Assembly: GCA_964431375.1 (NCBI GenBank)
Contig: CAYSJK010000001.1
Coordinates: 1 to 33,653 of the forward strand
Length of the DNA stretch: 33,653 bases
Source of the DNA: an uncultured Pirellulales bacterium
Lineage (GTDB): Bacteria > Planctomycetota > Phycisphaerae > Sedimentisphaerales > Anaerobacaceae
Direction: 5' to 3'
A program made the translations under genes and the position numbers. A model generated the notes under the pieces. It made no database searches and had not been told where the DNA came from. It was given only the letters and a program-made list of their open reading frames with translations. Of the stretch, positions 19,279 through 26,430 are shown in pieces; the first letter of the stretch is position 1; every line of letters starts with the position of its first letter.

Positions 19279-21612
19279 ATGAAAAACAAGAGCATATACA
19301 GTTATTGTTCGATTTTCTTAGTCATTTTGCTGATTATTTTGGCATTTACTACAAAAACGGTCGCAGAACAGAGGATATTCCATAAGGCGGTAAAAAAGCC
19401 GGTACAATGGTATAAACCTGATGAATTAATCATCAAATTCAGGGCAGATACCCCTGAAAAAACTGTAGAAAAAATCAATCTCAGACACGGCGTTAGCCAC
19501 ATATCCAAAAACCGACGTATTGGCTTTAGAAAGCTAAGGGTGGAAAAAGGAAAAAATATATTTGACCTGGCTGCAGCTTACGCAAAAGACCCAAATGTGG
19601 AGTATGCCAGGCCCAATTATATCTGCCGAGCATATTTTGTCCCAAACGACCAGTTCTACCCTTACCAGTGGAACTTTCAACTGATTAATATGGAGCGGGC
19701 CTGGGATATAGAAACCGCAGACCCCGGTGTTGTAGTGGCCGTCGTTGATACAGGAGTTGCATACGAAAATTACACTGAGAGAATTTTTCGCCGATGGAGA
19801 AAACATTATTACCAGGCTCCGGACCTGGCCCAGACCTCTTTTGTCCCCGGATATGATTTTATTAATGACGATGAGCACCCTAACGATGACGAAGGCCACG
19901 GAACTCATATCACCGGCACTATCGCCCAGAGCACACACAACCAAATCGGTGTCGCAGGGATAGCTTTTAACTGTTCCATAATGCCGGTAAAAGTTATGGA
20001 CAGCAGCGGCTCAGGAACTGTAGATTCCTTGGCTAACGGGATTATCTTTGCAGCCGACAATGGCGCAAAGGTAATTAATATGAGCCTGGGATTCTCATCG
20101 GACATTACACCGGCGGACATTCCAGCGGTTACCGAAGCAGTCCAATACGCATATAACAAAGGCTGCGTTCTTGTGGCCTCTTCAGGAAACGAAGGAATCA
20201 ATATTGTCAGTCTGCCGGCCGCTTATCCGGAGGTAATAGCTGTCGGGGCGGTTCACTCCGGCGATGCCAGAGCAGATTATTCACAATACGGCTCGGACCT
20301 TGAGTTAGTAGCTCCCGGAGGTGATACAGAAAACCGCAACGGCGATGGATATATGGATGGCGTATTGCAAGAGACCTTTGGCAGTGATACAGACGACTGG
20401 GGGTATTGGTTTTATACCGGCACCTCCTGCGCTGCTCCTCATGTGTGTGGAGTAGCGGCACTGCTATTGTCAAATAGCGTAGCAACCACCCCGGACGAAG
20501 TCCGCGAGGCCTTGCGTTCTACAGCCGTTGACAAAGGCCCTGCCGGTTGGGACCAGGAATACGGCTGGGGACGCGTGGATGCCTATGCTGCTCTTCAATG
20601 GACCGCCGGCCCGGTGGATAATCCCCCTACTGTCAGCATAACCTCACCGACAGATGGAGTCACCGTTTCCGGAACCATTACTATAACCGCTGCTGCATCT
20701 GACGATGCAGGTATAGACCGCGTAGATTTCTATTATGATTCTACTTTGATAGGAACAGATACGACCTCTGCCTACAGTGTTAATTGGGATACTACAGCTG
20801 TAGGTGATAGTGCATATACAATTACCGCTGCTGCCGTAGATACGGCTTCTCAAACCGTCACTGATTCAATCAGCGTAATAGTCGAAAATACTAACGACCC
20901 TCCGGTAGCTGACGCCGGACCCGACCAGGAGGCCTTAGCAGGTCAGGCAGTGAGCTTTGACGGTTCCGGTTCTTCCGACCCCGATGGGACTATCGTTAGC
21001 TACAGCTGGGACTTTAATGCCTCAGACGGTATTTCCGAAGATGCTGCCGGCGTAACAGCTTCTCATACTTACTCATCGTCCGGCACATATACGGTTACTC
21101 TAACAGTAACCGACAATGCAGGTGCTACAAATCAGGATACAGCTATCGTAACAGTCAGCGAAGAACCCGCTGAAGTAGAGGTATTCTTTGACAGTTTTGA
21201 AAGCGGTTTGGGTAACTGGACTCAGGATTCTCAAAATGACTGGTTCCGCTCAACCCAGCGAGCTATAGATGGTAGCTGGTCTGCCGAAGTTGATGGCCGG
21301 GCATCAGATGCAACATTAACATCCGAAGATATTGATTTGCAGGGAAAGAAAAATGCTGTTATCACCTTCTCCTGGTTTATTGAGAGAGGGCTTGACCGCG
21401 GAGAATACCTTGCCTTTGATGTATCTACAGACGGTGGAAGTAACTGGACGCAAAAGGCAGAATTGAAAGGAAACGAGGACCCGGAGAACACATGGCACAA
21501 TGTTAGCGTTGACCTGAGTAATATAAGTAGTCTCAAGATTCGATTCAGAGCAAAGATATCCCGTTTTAATGAAGATGCAAACGTTGATATGGTCAAGGTC
21601 GTTGCCTTGTAG
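19279..21612 (+). CDS. Secreted S8 (subtilisin-family) serine peptidase with propeptide, Ig-like, PKD and C-terminal beta-sandwich domains
   Basis: The ORF runs 19228-21612. The ATG at 19279 (MKNKSIYSYCSIFLVILLIILAF) gives a signal peptide. Catalytic motifs are VVAVVDTGV, HGTHITGTIA, SSGNEG and GTSCAAPHVCG. The PKD signature is GQAVSFDGSGSSDPDGTIVSYSWDF...YTVTLTVTDNAG. Confidence 0.9.
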   Translation: MKNKSIYSYCSIFLVILLIILAFTTKTVAEQRIFHKAVKKPVQWYKPDELIIKFRADTPEKTVEKINLRHGVSHISKNRRIGFRKLRVEKGKNIFDLAAAYAKDPNVEYARPNYICRAYFVPNDQFYPYQWNFQLINMERAWDIETADPGVVVAVVDTGVAYENYTERIFRRWRKHYYQAPDLAQTSFVPGYDFINDDEHPNDDEGHGTHITGTIAQSTHNQIGVAGIAFNCSIMPVKVMDSSGSGTVDSLANGIIFAADNGAKVINMSLGFSSDITPADIPAVTEAVQYAYNKGCVLVASSGNEGINIVSLPAAYPEVIAVGAVHSGDARADYSQYGSDLELVAPGGDTENRNGDGYMDGVLQETFGSDTDDWGYWFYTGTSCAAPHVCGVAALLLSNSVATTPDEVREALRSTAVDKGPAGWDQEYGWGRVDAYAALQWTAGPVDNPPTVSITSPTDGVTVSGTITITAAASDDAGIDRVDFYYDSTLIGTDTTSAYSVNWDTTAVGDSAYTITAAAVDTASQTVTDSISVIVENTNDPPVADAGPDQEALAGQAVSFDGSGSSDPDGTIVSYSWDFNASDGISEDAAGVTASHTYSSSGTYTVTLTVTDNAGATNQDTAIVTVSEEPAEVEVFFDSFESGLGNWTQDSQNDWFRSTQRAIDGSWSAEVDGRASDATLTSEDIDLQGKKNAVITFSWFIERGLDRGEYLAFDVSTDGGSNWTQKAELKGNEDPENTWHNVSVDLSNISSLKIRFRAKISRFNEDANVDMVKVVAL

Positions 21613-21628
21613 TGCTTAATATTTGACT

Positions 21629-22102
21629 TCACTGCTCAAGACCGAAGAATTCAAGCCATTGTTTAGTCTCGCTCTCGGTTAGTCCCCGCCGTTTTTCTGC
21701 CGGCTCTCTTGCAGGCCTTTTCCGGCTCAGTTGTTTTTCTAAACCCGCCCAGAAGGCATCGGATTTTACCGAAGTTGCTTTTCTCACCTGTGCTGCCTTT
21801 CGCAACCTGCGGTCACTGCTGACTATTGTCAATCTTTTTGGTGCTGTATTTGCCCTTATCTTGTCTTCGATTACCGTGTCTGCATCGCTGTCTCGGCCGG
21901 CAAACAGGACTTCAAGATTGCTTATATTGTCGAATCCGCTTTTATCCTTTGGCCCCGTTCCGTCAAAGACAATCTCGCCTTTTTCACCGGTTATCTTCAG
22001 GAACTTACCTGTAATCCTGCACAACTGTACATCGCTGATTGACTCGAAGTATTCGGATTTGCGAACTGAATGCAGCAGATTATAACCATCTATGATAATC
22101 AT
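21629..22102 (-). CDS. NYN-domain ribonuclease, YacP/Rae1-like
   Basis: 157 aa. The motifs MIIIDGYNLLH, VFDG, DSDADTVIE and IVSSDRRL match the acidic-residue pattern of YacP-like NYN/PIN nucleases. It starts 12 nt after the hicA stop. Confidence 0.7.
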   Translation of the reverse strand: MIIIDGYNLLHSVRKSEYFESISDVQLCRITGKFLKITGEKGEIVFDGTGPKDKSGFDNISNLEVLFAGRDSDADTVIEDKIRANTAPKRLTIVSSDRRLRKAAQVRKATSVKSDAFWAGLEKQLSRKRPAREPAEKRRGLTESETKQWLEFFGLEQ

Positions 22103-22114
22103 CTCTTAGGTTGT

Positions 22115-22342
22115 TTAGAGCAAATCATTAAACTCTGATACTGATAGGCGGGTTTGTTTTAAGATATGTGACAACGTGGAGCGTTTGATTGGACGATGTG
22201 CCGGAACAATAATTTTGAGCATCTCATTAGGAAGGCGTTTTTGTAATCTGATATGACTGCCTTTCTGACGAATTACTATCCATCCATCTCGCCTAAGGGC
22301 ATTGACGACCTGCTGATAGTTCAAACTTGGAACCTTGCTCAT
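22115..22342 (-). CDS. hicA: HicA-family mRNA interferase toxin (copy 1)
   Basis: 75 aa. Fits the dsRBD-like HicA pattern ...ALRRDGWIVIRQKGSHIRL... with the catalytic GSH His. The start overlaps the hicB stop (ATGA). Confidence 0.85.
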   Translation of the reverse strand: MSKVPSLNYQQVVNALRRDGWIVIRQKGSHIRLQKRLPNEMLKIIVPAHRPIKRSTLSHILKQTRLSVSEFNDLL

Positions 22343-22542
22343 AATGCTATCTCTAATTGCTCAGAATCCGGTGAAAAGCTGGTATCGTCCTCTACAGGTT
22401 CCAAGTAAAGCTCTATCGCTTCACGAATATTTTTCAAAGCTTCCTCGCGTGTGTTCCCTTCGCTTACGCAACCCGGAAGAGAAGGAACAATCGCGGTATA
22501 ACCACCTTCTTCGCTTGGTTCCAAAACAACTCTAAATTTCAT
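22339..22542 (-). CDS. hicB: HicB-family antitoxin, short UPF0150 form (copy 1)
   Basis: 67 aa. MKFRVVLEPSEEGGYTAIVPSLPGCVSEGNTREEALKNIREAIELYLE is typical of the HicB N-terminal fold. There is no room for an RHH/HTH DNA-binding domain. AGAGG lies ~10 nt upstream. Confidence 0.85.
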   Translation of the reverse strand: MKFRVVLEPSEEGGYTAIVPSLPGCVSEGNTREEALKNIREAIELYLEPVEDDTSFSPDSEQLEIAL

Positions 22543-22562
22543 TTTACTATACCTCTAGTGAA

Positions 22563-22591
22563 ATTATAGCAAATTCAGTATACTTTAGCAA
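22563..22591 (-). promoter_or_regulatory. Sigma70-like promoter TTGCTA-N17-TATAAT for hicBA copy 1
   Basis: On the minus strand the -35 is at 22591-22586 and the -10 at 22568-22563, with exactly 17 nt between them. It sits ~20 nt upstream of the hicB ATG. Confidence 0.5.
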
Positions 22592-22701
22592 CCTATTTTG
22601 TATATTTGTGCCTGTAAATCAGAAATTCGCTATGTGTCATTACCGTGTCCGCGAAATATGCTATTAGGAGTCTCGAAACAAAAGCAGCCCAAATTTTGCC
22701 G

Positions 22702-24000
22702 CTATGCTTCGAATCTTATTTCACCGCCGACGATTGTCTTTTCGACCCTGCCTTTGACCTTCCAGCCGTGATAGGGACAGTTTCTGCTTTTTGAGCGGAA
22801 TTGAGTTACATCGATTTCATATTCGGCATCAGGGTCGATGATGGTAACATCTGCCTGCTTACCTACGCCCAGCGTTCCCTTATCGACACCGATTATCTTA
22901 GCCGGCTTTACGGTCATCAGTTCGATAAGGCCGGGCCAGTTGAGAATCCCCGGCTCAATCAATGCCTTGATAAAAAGAGCCAATTCACATTCCAAAGAAG
23001 CTATCCCAAATGGAGCCGCTAAAAACTCCAGCTCCTTTTCACTCTGCAGATGCGGTGCATGGTCGCTTACCAGAGCGTCAATCAGCCCTTCGGCAATCGC
23101 CCGCTTTAATGCTTCAACGTCTCTGACCGTCCGCAGAGGCGGATTGACCTTATAGTTTGTGTCGTATTCGCTACAACTTTGCTCGGTTAGAAGCAGATGA
23201 TGCGGTGTAACCTCGCAGGTAACCGGCAGTGAATCTTTTTTGGCGGCCCTTATCAGCTCAACCGATTCTGCTGTCGATATATGCTGGGCGTGATATCGAG
23301 TATTTATTTTCTTAACGAGCTGAATATCCCGCCAGAGCATTTCCTGCTCTGCGAGCGGGTCCGAACCCGGCAGCCCGAGTATCGCCGAATAATAACCGGA
23401 GTTCATCACTCCATCTCCTGCAATTCTGTCATCCTGACAATGCTGGGCTATAAACACGTCAAACATCGACGAATATTTTAGTGCTCTGAGCATAACCGCA
23501 GGGTCCTGAACCCCCCTGCCGTCATCGGTAAAACCGACAGCTCCCGCCTCTGCCATAAAGCCCATCTCCGCCAGCTCAACTCCCTCAAGGCCCTTTGTTA
23601 TTGCCCCCATTGTATATACGTGGGTCTTTCTTGCCTGCCTTGCCTTTCGATGAATATATTCTACATCGGTTTCATTTTCGATAGGAGGATTTGTATTTGG
23701 CATACAGACCACTGAAGTAAATCCCCCTGCCACCGCAGCCGCTGAGCCGCTTGCTATCGTTTCTTCCTCTTCATCACCCGGCTCGCGAAAGTGAACATGG
23801 ATATCAATTAATCCCGGCGTTACCAATTTGCCGGCAGCATCGATAACTCTTCTTTCCTCTTCTGTCTTCTGTCTTCCGTCTTCTGTCTTCTCACCGACTG
23901 CTGCGATTATGCCATCGACGATAAGCACATCGCACTTTTTATCGATGCCGTTCGCCGGGTCTATTACACGACCGTTTTTTATAAGAAGCTCGTTAGCCAT
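22702..24000 (-). CDS. pyrC: Dihydroorotase
   Basis: 432 aa. Motifs are DIHVHFREPG, HAQHIST, CEVTPHHL and SDHAPH. Typical N-terminus ...LLIKNGRVIDP. Confidence 0.93.
   Translation of the reverse strand: MANELLIKNGRVIDPANGIDKKCDVLIVDGIIAAVGEKTEDGRQKTEEERRVIDAAGKLVTPGLIDIHVHFREPGDEEEETIASGSAAAVAGGFTSVVCMPNTNPPIENETDVEYIHRKARQARKTHVYTMGAITKGLEGVELAEMGFMAEAGAVGFTDDGRGVQDPAVMLRALKYSSMFDVFIAQHCQDDRIAGDGVMNSGYYSAILGLPGSDPLAEQEMLWRDIQLVKKINTRYHAQHISTAESVELIRAAKKDSLPVTCEVTPHHLLLTEQSCSEYDTNYKVNPPLRTVRDVEALKRAIAEGLIDALVSDHAPHLQSEKELEFLAAPFGIASLECELALFIKALIEPGILNWPGLIELMTVKPAKIIGVDKGTLGVGKQADVTIIDPDAEYEIDVTQFRSKSRNCPYHGWKVKGRVEKTIVGGEIRFEA
23858..23892. repeat. Tandem heptamer (TCTTCYG) x4 plus a fifth degenerate copy inside pyrC
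   Basis: TCTTCTG TCTTCTG TCTTCCG TCTTCTG TCTTCTC read directly. On the coding strand it encodes EKTEDGRQKTEE within a variable N-terminal loop. Confidence 0.8.
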
Positions 24001-24013
24001 ATTTCTTTGTTTT

Positions 24014-24052
24014 GAATATCGAATGTTGAATAAGGAATATCCAATGTCGAAT
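24014..24052. repeat. Tandem 18-mers GAATATCGAATGTTGAAT / GAATATCCAATGTCGAAT (21-nt period) in the pyrC 5' region
   Basis: Two mismatches between the copies. Located 14-52 nt upstream of the pyrC ATG (minus strand). Confidence 0.6.
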
Positions 24053-24154
24053 TAACTCGTTTTCCTTCGTCATTTATTATCCAAAGCTTCTCGTAGTAGC
24101 AGCACTCTCTCTATTTCTATTGTGGCCATAGCTTTTGACTCCTTTCGAGCTGCC

Positions 24155-24367
24155 TCAGAGCAGTTTCTTGAATTTCTCAACTGTCATCCCTGCGTCCTTG
24201 ATGATTCCACCCATTGTGAACGCGTTGATTGGATTTGCACGAGGAATAACGATAATTCGCTCGCCCTCGGTCATTGAGATATGCTTACCTTTGCGAACTA
24301 CCCAAAAGCCCGCTTTTTCGAAGGCCCTGACAGCACGGCGGTGGGACACACCTGGAAGTTTTGGCAT
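24155..24367 (-). CDS. hicA: HicA-family toxin (copy 2, GKH variant)
   Basis: 70 aa. MPKLPGVSHRRAVRAFEKAGFWVVRKGKHISM...IPRANPINAFTMGGIIKDAGMTVEKFKKLL matches the YcfA/HicA-like family. It starts 2 nt after the hicB stop. Confidence 0.8.
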   Translation of the reverse strand: MPKLPGVSHRRAVRAFEKAGFWVVRKGKHISMTEGERIIVIPRANPINAFTMGGIIKDAGMTVEKFKKLL

Positions 24368-24369
24368 GA

Positions 24370-24567
24370 CTACACCGGCACCTCAACCAGACGAGTGACC
24401 TTATCTTTCAACAGTTCCTCGACCGTTGCCAGATATGTCTCTATAGCGTCCTTTATGCTTTCGAGTGCTTCTCCTTCGGTCGCACCCTGGGACCAGCATC
24501 CCGGCAACCCAGGACACCAGACAGCATAACCCTCGTCAGTTTTCTCAAGCTTAACTCTGTACTTCAT
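24370..24567 (-). CDS. hicB: HicB-family antitoxin, short UPF0150 form (copy 2)
   Basis: The ORF runs 24370-24588. The ATG at 24567 (MKYRVKLEKTDEGYAVWCPGLPGCWSQGATEGEALESIKDAIETYL) has AGGAG 6 nt upstream. Confidence 0.8.
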   Translation of the reverse strand: MKYRVKLEKTDEGYAVWCPGLPGCWSQGATEGEALESIKDAIETYLATVEELLKDKVTRLVEVPV

Positions 24568-24613
24568 TAGGTACTCCTGCACAGCCATTTGAATTACTCA
24601 GTTTGACTAAATT

Positions 24614-24642
24614 ATTATACTATAAATATAATCAATAATCAA
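24614..24642 (-). promoter_or_regulatory. Sigma70-like promoter TTGATT-N17-TATAAT for hicBA copy 2
   Basis: On the minus strand the -35 is at 24642-24637, overlapping the pyrB TGA stop. The -10 is at 24619-24614 and the spacer is 17 nt. Confidence 0.45.
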
Positions 24643-25598
24643 TCCTTTTGTGCTGCCGCCTGGTTGACCAGAAACAGCACCGCCATTCTCACAGCCAGAC
24701 CGTTGGTTACCTGGTCAAGGATAACGCTGTTTGTCCCGTCTGCCACTTCACTTTCCATCTCCAGTCCTCTGTTGATTGGCCCGGGGTGCATAACCAAAAT
24801 ATTGGGTTTTGCCCTTTTCATACGCTCCACCGTCAGCCCGAAGTAGTGGGAATACTCCCGTATCGAAGGAAAAGGATTGCCGCCTAACCGTTCGAACTGA
24901 ATCCGAAGCATATTTATCACATCAACCTTTTCGATAACCTCGTCAAGCGAATAGCTTACACTGACCGGCAGCTGGTTTACCTGTGCCGGGATAAGCGTGG
25001 GCGGGCCGACAAATATGACCTCGGCACCGAGTTTTGTCATCGCCCACATATCGCTGCGGGCAACTCGCGAGTGCGCAATATCACCGACAATCGCTACCTT
25101 CAAACCTTCGAGAGTTCCCTTGATTTTGCGAATCGTATAGACATCCAGAAGCCCCTGCGTGGGGTGCTCACAGAATCCGTCACCGGCATTGACCACGCAG
25201 GCATTGATATTTCTGCTCAAAAGCTTCGCTGCACCGCCGGCATTATGGCGAATTACAATAATATCAATCCCCATCGCTTCCAGGTTCCTCGCTGTATCCA
25301 ACAGCGTTTCGCCTTTGCTGACGGAGCTGGCTTTTTTCGTGAATTCTATGACATCCGCACTTAATCGGTTTGCCGCAAGTGCAAAGCTGTTGCGCGTGCG
25401 GGTACTGTCCTCGAAGAATAAGTTTACAACGACTTTGCCTCGCAAAGGCGGTGCTTTCTTTACAGACCGTGTGCTTATCTGTTCAAAGCCCTTGGCTGTG
25501 TCAAGAATATATGTAATCTCCTCGGCGCTTAACTCTCGAAGCCCGAGCAAATGTTTTCGATGCCACTTAAACTGTTTGTTTTTTCTTATTAACGCCAT
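24639..25598 (-). CDS. pyrB: Aspartate carbamoyltransferase catalytic subunit
   Basis: 319 aa. Motifs are STRTRNSF, HPTQGLLD and HPGPINRG. Confidence 0.95.
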   Translation of the reverse strand: MALIRKNKQFKWHRKHLLGLRELSAEEITYILDTAKGFEQISTRSVKKAPPLRGKVVVNLFFEDSTRTRNSFALAANRLSADVIEFTKKASSVSKGETLLDTARNLEAMGIDIIVIRHNAGGAAKLLSRNINACVVNAGDGFCEHPTQGLLDVYTIRKIKGTLEGLKVAIVGDIAHSRVARSDMWAMTKLGAEVIFVGPPTLIPAQVNQLPVSVSYSLDEVIEKVDVINMLRIQFERLGGNPFPSIREYSHYFGLTVERMKRAKPNILVMHPGPINRGLEMESEVADGTNSVILDQVTNGLAVRMAVLFLVNQAAAQKD

Positions 25599-25601
25599 AG
25601 T

Positions 25602-25628
25602 GTCGAATCTCTCATCACGCTATTCGAC
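25602..25628 (-). promoter_or_regulatory. Hairpin enclosing the pyrB ribosome-binding region
   Basis: Minus-strand RNA reads GUCGAAU-AGCGUGAUGAGAG-AUUCGAC, followed by ACU AUG. The 7-bp stem is perfect. The loop holds the purine-rich GAUGAGAG. Confidence 0.4.
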
Positions 25629-25647
25629 GTTCAAAACCCGACATTTA

Positions 25648-26175
25648 TTATTCGATAGTAACCTCTTCTTTACCATCAGACTCAGTGAGAAAAACCTGCA
25701 CTAACTGCTCAGGTTTTGCGTCAGCTTTATAGCCGACGTAGTCGGCCTGTATCGGAAATTCTCTGCCGGCCCTGTCAACAAGGACCGCCAATTTTATAGC
25801 TTTGGGTCTGCCTAAATCTATAAGGGCGTCCATTGCTGCGCGTGCAGACCGACCGGTATGCAACACGTCATCAACTAAAATAATGATTTTACCATCTACA
25901 TCGAAGCCGATTTCAGTAGTCCGTACCTGTGGCTGGGCGGCTCCCTGCGGCGAGTTCAAATCGTCACGATAAAGCGTAATATCCAGGGTCCCGCAGGGAA
26001 CTTCTTTACCTAATTTCTTCGATAATCGGCCGGACAACCTCTGGGCGAGAACCTCTCCCCTGCTGCGGATACCGATTATGGCAATATCCAATCCGGATGG
26101 TATTTCTGATACAATACGACCTGCCAAATCGTCCAGAATCTCGTCGATTTGCTTAGATTTTAGGATTACTTTCAT
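25648..26175 (-). CDS. pyrR: PyrR: bifunctional pyrimidine operon regulator / uracil phosphoribosyltransferase
   Basis: The ORF extends to 26193 (TTG). The ATG at 26175 gives MKVILKSKQIDEILDDLAGRIVSEI. The PRPP-binding motif is IILVDDVLHTGRS. Confidence 0.9.
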   Translation of the reverse strand: MKVILKSKQIDEILDDLAGRIVSEIPSGLDIAIIGIRSRGEVLAQRLSGRLSKKLGKEVPCGTLDITLYRDDLNSPQGAAQPQVRTTEIGFDVDGKIIILVDDVLHTGRSARAAMDALIDLGRPKAIKLAVLVDRAGREFPIQADYVGYKADAKPEQLVQVFLTESDGKEEVTIE

Positions 26176-26220
26176 ATTTGCAGCAAACCTCAAGTCAAAT
26201 AAAACCGAAATATTGCTCAG

Positions 26221-26249
26221 AGTATAGCAGTTAAGACCTATAAACGCAA
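26221..26249 (-). promoter_or_regulatory. Sigma70-like promoter TTGCGT-N17-TATACT for the pyr operon
   Basis: On the minus strand the -35 is at 26249-26244 and the -10 at 26226-26221. This leaves only a ~40-nt leader before the pyrR ATG. Confidence 0.5.
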
Positions 26250-26430
26250 GATTTCTAAATTAGTTTTTCAGTGGCTGGCTTTCAGCAATAAAAAACGATA
26301 TTTTTCTTGCGAAAAACAGCCGGATAATCTTCTTGATAATTGGGTGTTTTTTTGCTATTATATAAGTAAGAATTCGGGGCGATTTTGTTTTTTTGGCCTT
26401 TGCTCCGACCTCCGGAATTGGAGTTATCGG

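Noticed and set aside
26176-26343. Canonical PyrR attenuator (binding loop plus terminator/antiterminator) upstream of pyrR
   Set aside because: I found no UCCAGAGAGG-type loop or terminator hairpin. The leader from the predicted promoter is only ~40 nt.
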